Source: Alphaproteobacteria bacterium
Lineage (GTDB): Bacteria > Pseudomonadota > Alphaproteobacteria > Rickettsiales > SXRF01
DNA length: 59,512 nt
NCBI GenBank assembly: GCA_050249355.1
Contig: JBFWQQ010000002.1
Span: forward strand, 1-59,512
Reading direction: 5' to 3'
The position numbers were made by a program, and so were the translations under genes. The notes below the pieces were generated by a model. It was not told the origin of the DNA. It was given only the letters and a program-made list of their open reading frames with translations, and did no database searches. Shown here in pieces: positions 26,342 to 38,066 of the stretch; position 1 is the first letter of the stretch; every line of letters starts with the position of its first letter.

Positions 26342-28987
26342 CTATATAGGCTGCTCACTAAGTTGCTTCAATTTATAAAGAATATCCAATGCCTCTTTAG
26401 GGCTCAGGCTATCCGGCGTAATCGTATCCAGCTCCGCCAGCACCTTATTAGGTTCTGTCTGTTTAGCAGGTTGGGGCGCAAAAGAAAAGAGCGGCAAGCT
26501 GGCAGCTACCTGTCCGCTCGAGCGCTGTGATTCCAATTGATGCAGAATATCGGCTGCCCGGCTGATGACCGCTTTGGGAAGGCCCGCCAGCTGCGCGACA
26601 TGGATACCATAGGAACGGTCGGCGGCACCCTTTTCGACCTGATGCAGGAACACCAGATCGCCTTTCCATTCCTTCACCTTCATGCTGTAGCACGACAGCG
26701 CAACGAGGCTTTCTGTGAGCGCGGTAAGCTCGTGGTAGTGGGTGGCGAACAGCGTACGACAAAAGGTTATATTGTGCAGATGCTCCATCACCGCCCACGC
26801 GATGGAAAGACCATCGAAGGTTGCGGTACCACGACCGATCTCGTCGAGTATCACCAGCGAGCGCTTGCCCGCCTGATTCAGGATGGTTGCGGTTTCCACC
26901 ATTTCCACCATGAAGGTGGATCGGCCACGCGCCAGATCATCCGCCGCACCCACGCGCGAGAATAAGCTGTCTACTACACCCATATGCGCCGAATCCGCTG
27001 GCACAAAAGACCCGGCCTGCGCGAGTATGGCGATGAGTGCGTTCTGACGCAGGAAGGTTGATTTACCGGCCATGTTCGGGCCGGTGAGCAGCCACACGCG
27101 CTGGTGTTCTGCGAGGTTGCAATCATTGCCGATGAATTTCCCGCCCGATTTTTCTAAACTTGCTTCCACTACCGGATGTCGCCCACCGTAAATGGAAAAC
27201 TCCATACTGTCATCCACCACTGGTCGCACATAACGCTTCTCAACCGCCAGTTCCGCCAGTGCAGCGAACACATCCACCGTCGCCAACGCGCGCGCCGTTT
27301 CTTTGATACGCGTGGTCATCTGCAGAACCATTTCGATCAGCTCGGCGAATATTTCCAGCTCAAGTTTGAGTGCACCGCCCTCAGCTTCCGAAATCTTACG
27401 CTCCAGCTCCGATAGCTCCACCGTGGTGTAGCGCAGGTTGCCCACCAGCGTCTGGCGATGGATGAAATCCTGAGTAACTTTTTTCTCATGCAGTTGTGTG
27501 ATCTCGATGTAATAACCCAGCACGTTATTGAATTTGATCTTCAGGCTGCTGATGCCGGTCTGCTGTTTGTATTTTTCCTGCAGGTCGGCGATCATCTGCC
27601 TGCCTTTGGATTTGAGCCTGCGCAGTTCGTCAAGCGCCGGGCTATAGCCATCGGCGACAAAATTCCCATCGCGTGCGAACAGGCCGCATTCAGCACGGAT
27701 GGACAGCACCAGCGATTCGATCAGCTCTTCATGGCCGCCGCAGGAATCGCGCAACCCGCACAGCCCGTCAGGCAGATTTTCCTGCTCGCCCTCCAGTAGC
27801 ACGCGCACATGATGCGCCGCCCTGAGCGATGCGGCGATGCAAAGCAAGTCGCGCGGGCCGCCACGCGCCATGGCAAGCCGTGTCAGCGCGCGTTCGGAAT
27901 CAGGGCAGCTTTTCAGGAAGTCGCGTATCCTGTCGCGCAGCTCATTGCGCTCGACAAGATATCCCACATGGGTCTGTCGCTGATTGATCTCGTGCACATC
28001 GGTAAGCGGTGCCGCCAGCCAGCCAGCGAACAGGCGCGCCGCCGGGGCAGTGACCGTGCGGTCGACTGTGGCAAACAGGCTGCCTTTGCGCTGGCCGGAA
28101 AGCGTCTGCATGATCTCGAGGTTGCGAAGCGACGCCGCATCGATCTGCATATGTTCGCCGGATTTGCGCACGCGCGGATTATCGAGACTCAGCCGTACAT
28201 CCTTCTGCGTGAGTTTGATGTACTCCAGCAATGCCCCGCAGGAAGCAAGCATGGCACTATCGAACGCACCAAATGCTTCCAGCGATGTCACGGCATAGGC
28301 TTCTTTCAGGCTGCGCTCGCCTCGCTTGCCGTCGAACAGGTTATCAGGCTGGATGGTGAGCTGCTGTTTATAATCGGATGCGATGGCGGCAAACTCGCCG
28401 TTTCTTATCAGCGTATCGGGCACCAGTATCTCTCTGGGTGCCAGCCGCGCCAGTTCGGAGGCCACTGCCGAAACACCGACCGGGCATACGCAAAATTCAC
28501 CGGTGGAAAGATCGACCCACGAAAGCGCCAGCTGGTTAGCGCCACCGCATAGCGCCGCAAGGTAGTTCGAGGTGCGCGCATCGAGCAGCGTGTCTTCGGT
28601 CAATGTTCCGGGGGTAACGATACGCACCACATCGCGCCGAACCACGGCCTTTGCCCCGCGCTTTTTTGCCTGCGCCGGGTCTTCCAGCTGCTCACAGACA
28701 GCAACCTTCTCGCCGCTGCGGATGAGCTTTTCAAGATAGCTATCGGCACTGTGCGCAGGCACGCCGCACATGGGAATATCCTCGCCGGCATGCTTGCCGC
28801 GCTTGGTAAGGGCAATGTCTAAAATGGCAGCCGCCCGCAGCGCATCATCAAAGAACAGCTCGTAAAAATCGCCCATGCGATAGAACAGCAACGTGTCCGG
28901 ATGGTCCTGTTTCAGGCGCAGATATTGCGCCATCGCTGGGGTAGCATTGGCAATTCGTTCTTCTATTTTAGTTGCTTGTACAGACAT
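26342..28987 (-). CDS. mutS: DNA mismatch repair protein MutS
   Basis: 881 aa. Has [22 protein letters not shown], the Walker A motif GPNMAGKST, and DEIGRGT. Confidence 0.95.
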   Translation of the reverse strand: MSVQATKIEERIANATPAMAQYLRLKQDHPDTLLFYRMGDFYELFFDDALRAAAILDIALTKRGKHAGEDIPMCGVPAHSADSYLEKLIRSGEKVAVCEQLEDPAQAKKRGAKAVVRRDVVRIVTPGTLTEDTLLDARTSNYLAALCGGANQLALSWVDLSTGEFCVCPVGVSAVASELARLAPREILVPDTLIRNGEFAAIASDYKQQLTIQPDNLFDGKRGERSLKEAYAVTSLEAFGAFDSAMLASCGALLEYIKLTQKDVRLSLDNPRVRKSGEHMQIDAASLRNLEIMQTLSGQRKGSLFATVDRTVTAPAARLFAGWLAAPLTDVHEINQRQTHVGYLVERNELRDRIRDFLKSCPDSERALTRLAMARGGPRDLLCIAASLRAAHHVRVLLEGEQENLPDGLCGLRDSCGGHEELIESLVLSIRAECGLFARDGNFVADGYSPALDELRRLKSKGRQMIADLQEKYKQQTGISSLKIKFNNVLGYYIEITQLHEKKVTQDFIHRQTLVGNLRYTTVELSELERKISEAEGGALKLELEIFAELIEMVLQMTTRIKETARALATVDVFAALAELAVEKRYVRPVVDDSMEFSIYGGRHPVVEASLEKSGGKFIGNDCNLAEHQRVWLLTGPNMAGKSTFLRQNALIAILAQAGSFVPADSAHMGVVDSLFSRVGAADDLARGRSTFMVEMVETATILNQAGKRSLVILDEIGRGTATFDGLSIAWAVMEHLHNITFCRTLFATHYHELTALTESLVALSCYSMKVKEWKGDLVFLHQVEKGAADRSYGIHVAQLAGLPKAVISRAADILHQLESQRSSGQVAASLPLFSFAPQPAKQTEPNKVLAELDTITPDSLSPKEALDILYKLKQLSEQPI

Positions 28988-29018
28988 ACAATGTCACAGG
29001 ACCTTAATCCATATTAAG

Positions 29019-29073
29019 TTTTGATGCTCTATAATAGGAGGTGAAATTAACAACGCAACCTTGAGCATCAAAA
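29019..29073. promoter_or_regulatory. 11-bp perfect inverted repeat TTTTGATGCTC-N33-GAGCATCAAAA bracketing a TATAAT box, an AGGAGG and a 7-codon mini-ORF
   Basis: The arms are at 29019-29029 and 29063-29073. tataat is at 29030-29035 and aggagg at 29036-29041. GTG 29041 to TGA 29064 encodes MKLTTQP. The arms and mini-ORF are read directly from the sequence. Function is unknown. Confidence 0.3.
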
Positions 29074-29502
29074 GTGACGACCGATAAGTTTAAAAAACGT
29101 CAGCCTTCTGAGATTGCCGCCGAGCTGTTGGCACTGGTGGCAGAACCGGATACCCCTGTCGGCAAGGGCGACTTCGAACAGGAGCTCGCAAGCTATAAAG
29201 ACATCCCTGATGGTCGATTAAAATTCTATTCGGATCCCAAATATGCAGGCGATGACGTAGTGAAGGCAACCCTGAGAAGGGATGAATATATTCAACTACT
29301 CGCCACTTTACAAAAACTGCGCACTGGCCAAACCCGGCTTGAGAATGCCGATAAAAAAGCTATTAGACAGTCCGGTACGTTAACAGAGCTACTAGCCAAG
29401 GCCGCTGAAGCGCATGGCGGATGGGCATATGATAACAGTACAAAGGAAGACTCATTTTTTAAACATCTCAAAGATACGGCTGATCGTGCTCCTGCCATTT
29501 GA
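29074..29502 (+). CDS. Hypothetical protein (orphan, GTG start)
   Basis: 142 aa with no recognisable motif. Codon usage looks atypical for the window (tta, cta, aga, agg, and many A/T-ending codons). The only in-frame start after the upstream TGA is the GTG at 29074. Confidence 0.5.
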   Translation: MTTDKFKKRQPSEIAAELLALVAEPDTPVGKGDFEQELASYKDIPDGRLKFYSDPKYAGDDVVKATLRRDEYIQLLATLQKLRTGQTRLENADKKAIRQSGTLTELLAKAAEAHGGWAYDNSTKEDSFFKHLKDTADRAPAI

Positions 29503-29618
29503 TAAGCCACGCGGTATCGCAGAATAGCCTTCATAACCTTTTACCCTTGCCTTTTTTCGCGTTCTGTGCGATGCAGTTCCCTCGTATTTCAACCACTTAT
29601 GCTGCGGTGCAGCAATGA

Positions 29619-31940
29619 ATGACCTGCCCTATGGCCACTGAAAAAAAACCAATCACTGATGCCGAAGCCCTCGCCTACCATTCAGAAGGTAAACCCGGAA
29701 AACTTTCCATCACCCCCACCAAGCCGCTGATGACACAGCGCGACCTTTCGCTGGGATATTCCCCGGGCGTGGCCATTCCGTGCCTTGAGATACACAAAGA
29801 CCCGAACACTGCCTATGACTACACCTCGCGCGGCAATTTTGTTGCGGTCATTTCCAACGGCACCGCCGTGCTCGGCCTTGGCGACCTTGGCGCGCTAGCA
29901 TCCAAGCCGGTGATGGAGGGCAAGGCCATCCTGTTCAAACGCTTCGCTGACATTGACGCGGTGGATATCGAGGTCGACACCAAAGACCCGGACGAGTTCA
30001 TCAACTGCGTGAAGCTGCTCGGCCCGAGCTGGGGCGGCATCAACCTTGAAGATATCGGCGCGCCGGATTGCTTCATCATTGAGCAGAAACTGCGCGAACT
30101 GATGGATATTCCCGTATTCCATGACGACCAGCACGGCACCGCCATCATCACCGCAGCAGGTCTCATCAACGCAGCGCACCTCACGGGGCGCAAACTCAAG
30201 GACATCAAAGTGGTTATGCTAGGCGCAGGCTCGGCAGGTATCGCCTGCCTGGAACTCATCAAGCGCATGGGCATACAGCAGGATAACGCACTGCTCATTG
30301 ACCGGCAGGGCGTGATCTATGAAGGCCGCACCGAAGGCATGAACCAGTGGAAATCGGCCCATGCCGCCAAGACCAAAAAGCGTACGCTGGCAGAGGCCAT
30401 GGAAGGCGCCGACATGTTCATCGGCCTGTCCTCAAAAAACGCGATCACCAAGGATATGGTCAGATCGATGGCCAAACGGCCGATCATCTTCGCCATGGCC
30501 AATCCCGATCCAGAGATTACCCCGGAAGAGGTTCTGGAAGTGCGTCCGGATGCCATCATCGCCACCGGCCGTTCGGACTACCCGAACCAGGTGAACAACG
30601 TCATGGGCTTTCCATATATTTTCCGCGGCGCGCTCGATGTACGTGCCTCGCAGATCAATGAGGAAATGAAGATCGCCGCCGCTGAAGCGCTGGCCGCCCT
30701 CGCCCGCGAGGATGTGCCGGATGAAGTGGCCACCGCCTACTCAGGCCGCCGTATGGAATATGGCCCGGAATATATCATTCCCGCGCCGTTCGACCCGCGC
30801 CTCATTACCACCATCCCGGTGGCCGTTGCCAAGGCAGCGGTGGCCAGCGGTGTTGCCCGCCGCCCGATCAGAGATATCGAAGCGTACAAGGTGGAGCTGG
30901 CCGCACGCCGTGATCCGACCGCCAACTCGATGCAGTACATCTTCAACAAGGTGAAAGCTAACCCGCAACGCATCATTTTTGCCGAGGGCGAGGAAGAAAA
31001 GATCATACGCGCCGCCGTGCAATGGCGCGATAACGGATTCGGCCAGCCGGTGCTGGTAGGCCGCGCTGATAAGGTTACGGCGCTGATGAAGAAAATGGCC
31101 ATTCATGACTGGGAAAATATCGAGATCGCCAATGCCGCCGTATCCGACCATGTAAGCGACTATATCGATTACCTGTATCCACGCCTGCAACGCCAGGGAT
31201 TCCTGTATCGCGACGTGGCGCGCATGGTGAAGAATGACCGTAACATCTTCGCCTCGTGCATGCTGGCGCTGGGACACGGCGATGCCATGATCACCGGCGT
31301 AACACGTAATTACACGGTATCGCTGGATAATGTGCGCCGTGTCATTGATACCAAACCGGGTGAGCTGCTGTTCGGCATCACGCTGGTGGTGGCCAAGGGA
31401 CGCACCCTGTTCTTCGCCGACACCACGGTGCAGGAACTGGCAAGCCCACCGGAACTGGCGCATATTGCGGTTAAAACCGCCCATGCTGCCCGACGTATGG
31501 GCCATGAGCCGCGCGTGGCACTGCTTTCTTATTCGACCTTCGGCAACCCGATGCGCGAAAAAGGCGAACGCATCCGCGAAGCCGTGCGCATCATGGATGA
31601 GATGGACATCGATTTCGAATATGACGGCGAAATGTCAGCCAACGTGGCACTGAACAAAGAAATGCTGCGCCTGTACCCGTTCTGCCGCCTGTCGGACTCG
31701 GCCAACGTGCTCATCATGCCGGGGCTGCACAGCGCCCACATCGCATCGAACATGATGCAGGAACTGGGTGATGGCGTGACCATCGGCCCGGTGCTGATGG
31801 GCCTGCAGCGCCCGACCCAGATCGCCCAGCTGAACGCCTCGGTTTCAGAGATCATGAACCTGACCGCCATCGCCGCACTGGATGCCATCAACGAAAAAGA
31901 GAACAAGATCCGCCCCCTGCGCGGCAAAAAGAAAGCATAA
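29619..31940 (+). CDS. maeB: NADP-dependent malic enzyme (malic enzyme domain fused to a PTA-like domain)
   Basis: 773 aa. Has LSLGYSPGVA, GLGDLGALASKPVMEGKAILFKRFADID, VFHDDQHGTAI, GAGSAGIA and a C-terminal phosphate-acetyltransferase-like half. Confidence 0.9.
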   Translation: MTCPMATEKKPITDAEALAYHSEGKPGKLSITPTKPLMTQRDLSLGYSPGVAIPCLEIHKDPNTAYDYTSRGNFVAVISNGTAVLGLGDLGALASKPVMEGKAILFKRFADIDAVDIEVDTKDPDEFINCVKLLGPSWGGINLEDIGAPDCFIIEQKLRELMDIPVFHDDQHGTAIITAAGLINAAHLTGRKLKDIKVVMLGAGSAGIACLELIKRMGIQQDNALLIDRQGVIYEGRTEGMNQWKSAHAAKTKKRTLAEAMEGADMFIGLSSKNAITKDMVRSMAKRPIIFAMANPDPEITPEEVLEVRPDAIIATGRSDYPNQVNNVMGFPYIFRGALDVRASQINEEMKIAAAEALAALAREDVPDEVATAYSGRRMEYGPEYIIPAPFDPRLITTIPVAVAKAAVASGVARRPIRDIEAYKVELAARRDPTANSMQYIFNKVKANPQRIIFAEGEEEKIIRAAVQWRDNGFGQPVLVGRADKVTALMKKMAIHDWENIEIANAAVSDHVSDYIDYLYPRLQRQGFLYRDVARMVKNDRNIFASCMLALGHGDAMITGVTRNYTVSLDNVRRVIDTKPGELLFGITLVVAKGRTLFFADTTVQELASPPELAHIAVKTAHAARRMGHEPRVALLSYSTFGNPMREKGERIREAVRIMDEMDIDFEYDGEMSANVALNKEMLRLYPFCRLSDSANVLIMPGLHSAHIASNMMQELGDGVTIGPVLMGLQRPTQIAQLNASVSEIMNLTAIAALDAINEKENKIRPLRGKKKA

Positions 31941-31943
31941 GGC

Positions 31944-32426
31944 GTGCAGAAATACCGCGCACTCGCCGGGTTTTTGCTACTGGTATTCGCCATCTCGGGT
32001 ATTTCGTCACTTATCACCATGCCGGCGGTGCAAGGCTGGTATACAACCATCAACAAACCGCAATGGACACCGCCGGACTGGGTATTTGGCCCGGTGTGGA
32101 CCACCCTGTACATCATGATCGCGTTTTCCGGCTGGCGCGTGTGGCGCGCCATCCCTTCGGATTACGTCAGCTTTAAACTGCGCGCCCCGGTGCTGCGAGC
32201 CTACTGGCTCCAGCTGTTGTTGAACTTTCTGTGGACCCCGGCTTTTTTCGGTCTGCAGTCTCCCGTATCGGGTGCGATAGTCATCACCTTGCTGCTGGCC
32301 GTTATTTTATGGAATATCACCGCTTTCGATAAGGCAGACAAACCCGCAAGCTGGCTTTTGATCCCCTATGCGCTTTGGGTATCTTATGCGCTCAGCCTGA
32401 ACCATGCGATCGTGCGCCTCAATTAA
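31944..32426 (+). CDS. tspO: TspO/MBR family tryptophan-rich sensory protein
   Basis: 160 aa. GTG start 3 nt after the maeB stop. Has five hydrophobic helices and W-rich motifs (WYTTINKPQWTPPDWVFGPVWTTLY, LLLNFLWTPAFF, IPYALWVSYA). Confidence 0.85.
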   Translation: MQKYRALAGFLLLVFAISGISSLITMPAVQGWYTTINKPQWTPPDWVFGPVWTTLYIMIAFSGWRVWRAIPSDYVSFKLRAPVLRAYWLQLLLNFLWTPAFFGLQSPVSGAIVITLLLAVILWNITAFDKADKPASWLLIPYALWVSYALSLNHAIVRLN

Positions 32427-32484
32427 TTGCCTGCGCTGCAATTATTCTTTTGCAGTTATTAATGTTCTTTTATAGGTTGGCGCT

Positions 32485-33336
32485 ATGACGTTCGACACGC
32501 GCATCCATTTCCCGCAATCGCAGGGTGGCCCGAATCCCGAAGCTGTAAGCCGGGGCTGTGGATTCCTTTTCGATACGCTGCACGAAAGCATGCGGTTTCA
32601 TTCCATTCCCACCGACACGGCACTTTCGGAAACCCGCAACGACATAAAGAATTACCCAGCGCTCCTGAAGAACCTTCAGACCGCTGCAACCTGGCTGAAA
32701 GGCTGCGATACCGGAACCGTGTTCATGCTCGGCGGGGACTGCAGCACCGACGTGGCGATCATCGACAAGCTCAATGCCATGCACGGTAAGGGGTTTGGGT
32801 TCATCTGGATCGATGCGCATGCTGACATCCATGTGCCGCAAGGTTCGGATTCAAAATATTTCCACGGCATGCCGATCCGCACCCTGCTGGGCGAAGGCGA
32901 CGCCGCCATGTTGGCGGCTCTTGGCACACCATTGGAGCACCGCCAGCTATGCTATGCGGGCATCAAAAGTATCGATGCCCCGGAAGCAGATTACATCCGG
33001 CAGAAAAAGCTGCCCGTGGTGACTGCAGAACAGATAAATGCGGGTAACTATACCGTATTCGATGCATGGCAAAAAAATAATGGCATCACCGCACTCCATA
33101 TCCATTTCGATCTTGATGCGCTGGACCCGGCTGATGGCATTACCGTTACCTACCCGGTGGGCGCTATCCGCCATACTGCTATGAAAGAGTTCTTGGCATA
33201 CTTGTACAAACAGGGGATCACGGTAGGCTTTACTATCACCGAATATGCCCCGATATCGCGTAATGAAGCAGAAATACGCCGCGTGTTGGAACTAATCTCT
33301 GTTATCGTTCCGCTGCCCGAAATCCTCGCTGCGTAA
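32485..33336 (+). CDS. Arginase/ureohydrolase family protein (agmatinase/formimidoylglutamase-like)
   Basis: 283 aa. Has GGDCS, IWIDAHADIH and HIHFDLDALDP (Mn-binding Asp/His motifs). Confidence 0.75.
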   Translation: MTFDTRIHFPQSQGGPNPEAVSRGCGFLFDTLHESMRFHSIPTDTALSETRNDIKNYPALLKNLQTAATWLKGCDTGTVFMLGGDCSTDVAIIDKLNAMHGKGFGFIWIDAHADIHVPQGSDSKYFHGMPIRTLLGEGDAAMLAALGTPLEHRQLCYAGIKSIDAPEADYIRQKKLPVVTAEQINAGNYTVFDAWQKNNGITALHIHFDLDALDPADGITVTYPVGAIRHTAMKEFLAYLYKQGITVGFTITEYAPISRNEAEIRRVLELISVIVPLPEILAA

Positions 33337-33630
33337 ACGGTACTGGGCCGCAACCAGCATCGCCTTGAACAGGCGGATGGATAGCAGCGCACCAATAATA
33401 ATGAAAGGGATCCAGATCGCGGCATGCAGCCACAACGGCGGCGCATATTTTACCTCAACGATCGCAGCAAACACACCCGAAAGCGTGCCTACCAACAGTA
33501 TGCCAAAGAATGCCGGGCCATCACCCTGCTCATGATTCTTCAGGTTGAACCCGCAATGCGTACATATCGGCACGACAGAGGTGATCCTCTCGAACAGCGG
33601 CGCTTGCTGGCACGCCGGACACCGAAACAA
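33292..33630 (-). CDS. DUF983 domain protein
   Basis: 112 aa. Has CPACQQAPLF...CTHCGFNL (zinc-ribbon-like) followed by two TM helices. It sits in the usual position after ctaE. The 3' end overlaps the convergent arginase-family gene by 45 nt. Confidence 0.7.
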   Translation of the reverse strand: MFRCPACQQAPLFERITSVVPICTHCGFNLKNHEQGDGPAFFGILLVGTLSGVFAAIVEVKYAPPLWLHAAIWIPFIIIGALLSIRLFKAMLVAAQYRLRSEDFGQRNDNRD

Positions 33631-33631
33631 T

Positions 33632-34582
33632 CTAATGGTGTACTACCCTGGGCAGGCTACCCGACATCATCAGTTTCCAGCCAATAAACCCCGCACCCGC
33701 AATCGACAGCAGCAGCATGACCAGCATGTTAGTACCGGTAAAGACACTCTCAAATACCGGCATCAGCTTGTTGGCCATATCGACATAGACGAAGGCAAAC
33801 AGGAACAACCATACCACGTCTACAAAATGCCAGTACCATGCGGCAAATTCAAAACCCAGATGCTGGCTGGGTTTGAAGTGGCCTTTTTTCGCCCGCATCA
33901 GGCATACGGCAAGGAAAATGGTGCCCACAAGAACGTGGAAACCATGGAAACCGGTCGCCATGTAGAAGGTGGAGGCATAAATGCCATCCTTGAAACCGAA
34001 GGCGGCGTGCGTATATTCATACGCCTGACAGGCAGTGAAAAGCACGCCAAGGCCTACCGTGTACCACAGCGCGGTGACGGTGCTTTTCTGGTCACCTTTT
34101 AAAATTGCATAATGCGCCCATGTCACCGTGGTGCCGGACAGCAGCAACACCAGCGTGTTAAAGAATGGCAGATGCCACGGATCGAACGGATGGATGCCCG
34201 CCGGCGGCCAGATGCCATGCAAAATCGCCCATACTTCTTCCAGCGGAAGTTTAGGCAGGGTGCTGGCACCAAAGAACGCCCAGAAGAATGCAGCAAAGAA
34301 CATCACCTCGGAAACGATGAACAGCGCCATACCAGCGCGCAGGCCACGGCTCACCTCACGCGTGTGCGCCTTATCTTCACGCGCTTCTTTCACTACATCG
34401 CGCCACCAGCTGTACATGCAATATAACAGCAGGAAAAATCCCACCAACGCCACTATGCCTCCGCCGGGCTTTTCATGCATATACATGGCACCACCAAAGG
34501 TCAGCATAAACAACGCGAGCGAACTTACGATAGGCCATGGGCTGGGATCTACGAGGTGATAGGGATGGTCTTGATGTGCCAT
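33632..34582 (-). CDS. ctaE: Cytochrome c oxidase subunit III
   Basis: 316 aa. Has HPYHLVDPSPWP, GFHGFHVLVGT and WYWHFVDVVWLFLF. Confidence 0.95.
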   Translation of the reverse strand: MAHQDHPYHLVDPSPWPIVSSLALFMLTFGGAMYMHEKPGGGIVALVGFFLLLYCMYSWWRDVVKEAREDKAHTREVSRGLRAGMALFIVSEVMFFAAFFWAFFGASTLPKLPLEEVWAILHGIWPPAGIHPFDPWHLPFFNTLVLLLSGTTVTWAHYAILKGDQKSTVTALWYTVGLGVLFTACQAYEYTHAAFGFKDGIYASTFYMATGFHGFHVLVGTIFLAVCLMRAKKGHFKPSQHLGFEFAAWYWHFVDVVWLFLFAFVYVDMANKLMPVFESVFTGTNMLVMLLLSIAGAGFIGWKLMMSGSLPRVVHH

Positions 34583-34620
34583 GATAATCTTCCTTGATTC
34601 CTTATGTTAAATCCATGGGT

Positions 34621-35163
34621 TCATATGTCGTCATTTTTTACAGGAAAAAACGTATAAGACAATGTTATTGTTTGCACATCGTCCATCTGCGGATCTTCCA
34701 TGATGGCAGGGTCGATGTAAAAAGAAATCGGCATATTGACCTGCTCACCGGGCTTTAACGTCTGCTCGGTAAAGCAGAAACATTCGATCTTGGCAAAATA
34801 CGGGCCAGCCTTGTGCGGTACCACATTATAGGTGGCATGGCCCACCAGCGGCTTATCGGTATTGTTGCGCGCGGTGTAATAGGTCAGGGACTGCTCGCCC
34901 ACTTTGACCTGTATTTTCGGCTGGCCGGGCTTGAATTCCCAATCCAGATCCGGTGCAATATCGGCATTAAAGGTGATCTTGATCTTACGGTTGAATACCG
35001 GACCAGTATTAGCGGCCGATTCTGCTGTGGTGCCGCCATACCCGGTAACCTGACAGAACAACCGGTACAGGGGCACCGATGCGTAGGCGAGCAGTGCCAT
35101 ACCTGCCACCACCGCAGCCAGGTTGATGGCCATTCTTACGTTGGCGCCAGCATGTGTGGTCAT
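34621..35163 (-). CDS. ctaG: Cytochrome c oxidase assembly protein CtaG/Cox11
   Basis: 180 aa. Has LYRLFCQVTGYGGT and KIECFCFTEQTLKPGE. Confidence 0.9.
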   Translation of the reverse strand: MTTHAGANVRMAINLAAVVAGMALLAYASVPLYRLFCQVTGYGGTTAESAANTGPVFNRKIKITFNADIAPDLDWEFKPGQPKIQVKVGEQSLTYYTARNNTDKPLVGHATYNVVPHKAGPYFAKIECFCFTEQTLKPGEQVNMPISFYIDPAIMEDPQMDDVQTITLSYTFFPVKNDDI

Positions 35164-35291
35164 GGTGAAAGGTCAGGCCCCCATCCGCATAACGGCAATG
35201 GCGTAGAGCAACGCAACCAGCAGCACGAGCACCACCAGCAATGCAATGTTCTTATTTTTTTGCTGTTTGTGCCTTCCGCTGATCGGCAATG

Positions 35292-35465
35292 TCAGTCGCC
35301 TTTTTCCACTTTGTTACGGCGCATGAAATCCAGCACCAGAAGCAGGAACAGTGTGAACAGGCTACCCAGAACGAAGCTGGCGCCCATCAGATAGATGGTT
35401 TCCTGTGCAATGCTGTGCAGTCCCTGCAGATTTTCCGGGGTCAGCGTCTTTTGTGTGGGTTCCAT
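35292..35465 (-). CDS. Small single-TM protein between ctaB and ctaG (57 aa)
   Basis: Below the ORF-track size cutoff. My translation is MEPTQKTLTPENLQGLHSIAQETIYLMGASFVLGSLFTLFLLLVLDFMRRNKVEKGD. AGGAGG lies 5 nt upstream of the ATG (revcomp of 35466-35476). The third codon positions are GC-rich like the neighbouring genes. Confidence 0.5.
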   Translation of the reverse strand: MEPTQKTLTPENLQGLHSIAQETIYLMGASFVLGSLFTLFLLLVLDFMRRNKVEKGD

Positions 35466-35484
35466 AATAACCTCCTGTTAAAAA

Positions 35485-36396
35485 TTACAATATACCGGCT
35501 TGCCCGATCAGGGCATCCACCCATATCAGGGTGAATAGCATGAAAAGGTAAAGAATTGAGAAACCAAATGTCTTTTTTGCCCAACGGTCATCCTTATGGA
35601 TAAGCACGCGGCAGACATAATACAAAAAACCAGCGCCCAGCAATGCTGCCCCGACCGTATACAGCCAGCCGGCCAGGCCCAAGCCCCCCAGTGCCAGTGT
35701 GCATGCCACCAACAGCACGGTATAGACGAGCATTTGCAGGCGGGTGGTTTCCTTGCCTGCCACCACCGGCAGCATCGGCACCCCGGCGCGGGCATAGTCT
35801 TCGTTCTTGTATAAGGCCAGCGCCCAGAAATGCGGTGGCGTCCACAGGAAAATGATGGCAAACAGCAACACCGGCTCCAGCGTGATACTTCCTGCAGTAG
35901 CAGCCCAACCGATCATGGGCGGGAAGGCGCCGGCGGCACCGCCAATCACAATGTTCTGCGGTGTGCGGCGCTTGAGCCACATGGTATAAACGACAGCATA
36001 GAAGAATATGGCAAATCCCAGTATGCCTGCAGCCAGCCAGTTCAGCGCTAACCCCATCAGCATCACAGAGGCAGCGGACAGGAACACGCCAAAGGCCAGC
36101 GCATCATCCGGAGCGATACGCCCAGCAGGAACGGGGCGCGTTGCGGTGCGTTTCATGATGGCATCGATATCACAGTCGTACCACATATTCATGGCCGCCC
36201 CTGCACCTGAGGCCATGGCAATGCACATGAGCGTAAGCAGCTGCTGGAACCAATTGATCTGACCCGGCGCCACCAGCATGCCCACCGCCCCGGTGAACAC
36301 CACCAGCGACATCACGCCCGGCTTGAGTAGGGTAATGTAATCGCTTACGCTCGATGAAGGATGGATGGATGAGGGATTAATAGATGCAGACTGCAT
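35485..36396 (-). CDS. ctaB: Protoheme IX farnesyltransferase (heme O synthase)
   Basis: 303 aa. A polytopic UbiA-family protein with NMWYDCDIDAIMKRTATRP and TPPHFWALAL. Confidence 0.9.
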   Translation of the reverse strand: MQSASINPSSIHPSSSVSDYITLLKPGVMSLVVFTGAVGMLVAPGQINWFQQLLTLMCIAMASGAGAAMNMWYDCDIDAIMKRTATRPVPAGRIAPDDALAFGVFLSAASVMLMGLALNWLAAGILGFAIFFYAVVYTMWLKRRTPQNIVIGGAAGAFPPMIGWAATAGSITLEPVLLFAIIFLWTPPHFWALALYKNEDYARAGVPMLPVVAGKETTRLQMLVYTVLLVACTLALGGLGLAGWLYTVGAALLGAGFLYYVCRVLIHKDDRWAKKTFGFSILYLFMLFTLIWVDALIGQAGIL

Positions 36397-36442
36397 AGCT
36401 ATTTCCTTATCTGCTCATCTTTAATCCAATCATCTTTCATTA

Positions 36443-38047
<1,605 letters not shown>

Positions 38048-38066
38048 TCAACTAACGGTACCAGAC

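Noticed and set aside
29619-29630. Alternative maeB start (MATEKKP at 29631 versus MTCPMATEKKP at 29619)
   Set aside because: The two cannot be distinguished from sequence alone. The 12-nt difference does not affect the call, so I kept the longer ORF.
35173-35289. A second mini-ORF (38 codons, TTG start) between ctaB and ctaG, considered as a separate feature call
   Set aside because: It has no ATG or GTG start and no visible SD. I mention it in a finding, but it is too weak to list as a CDS.
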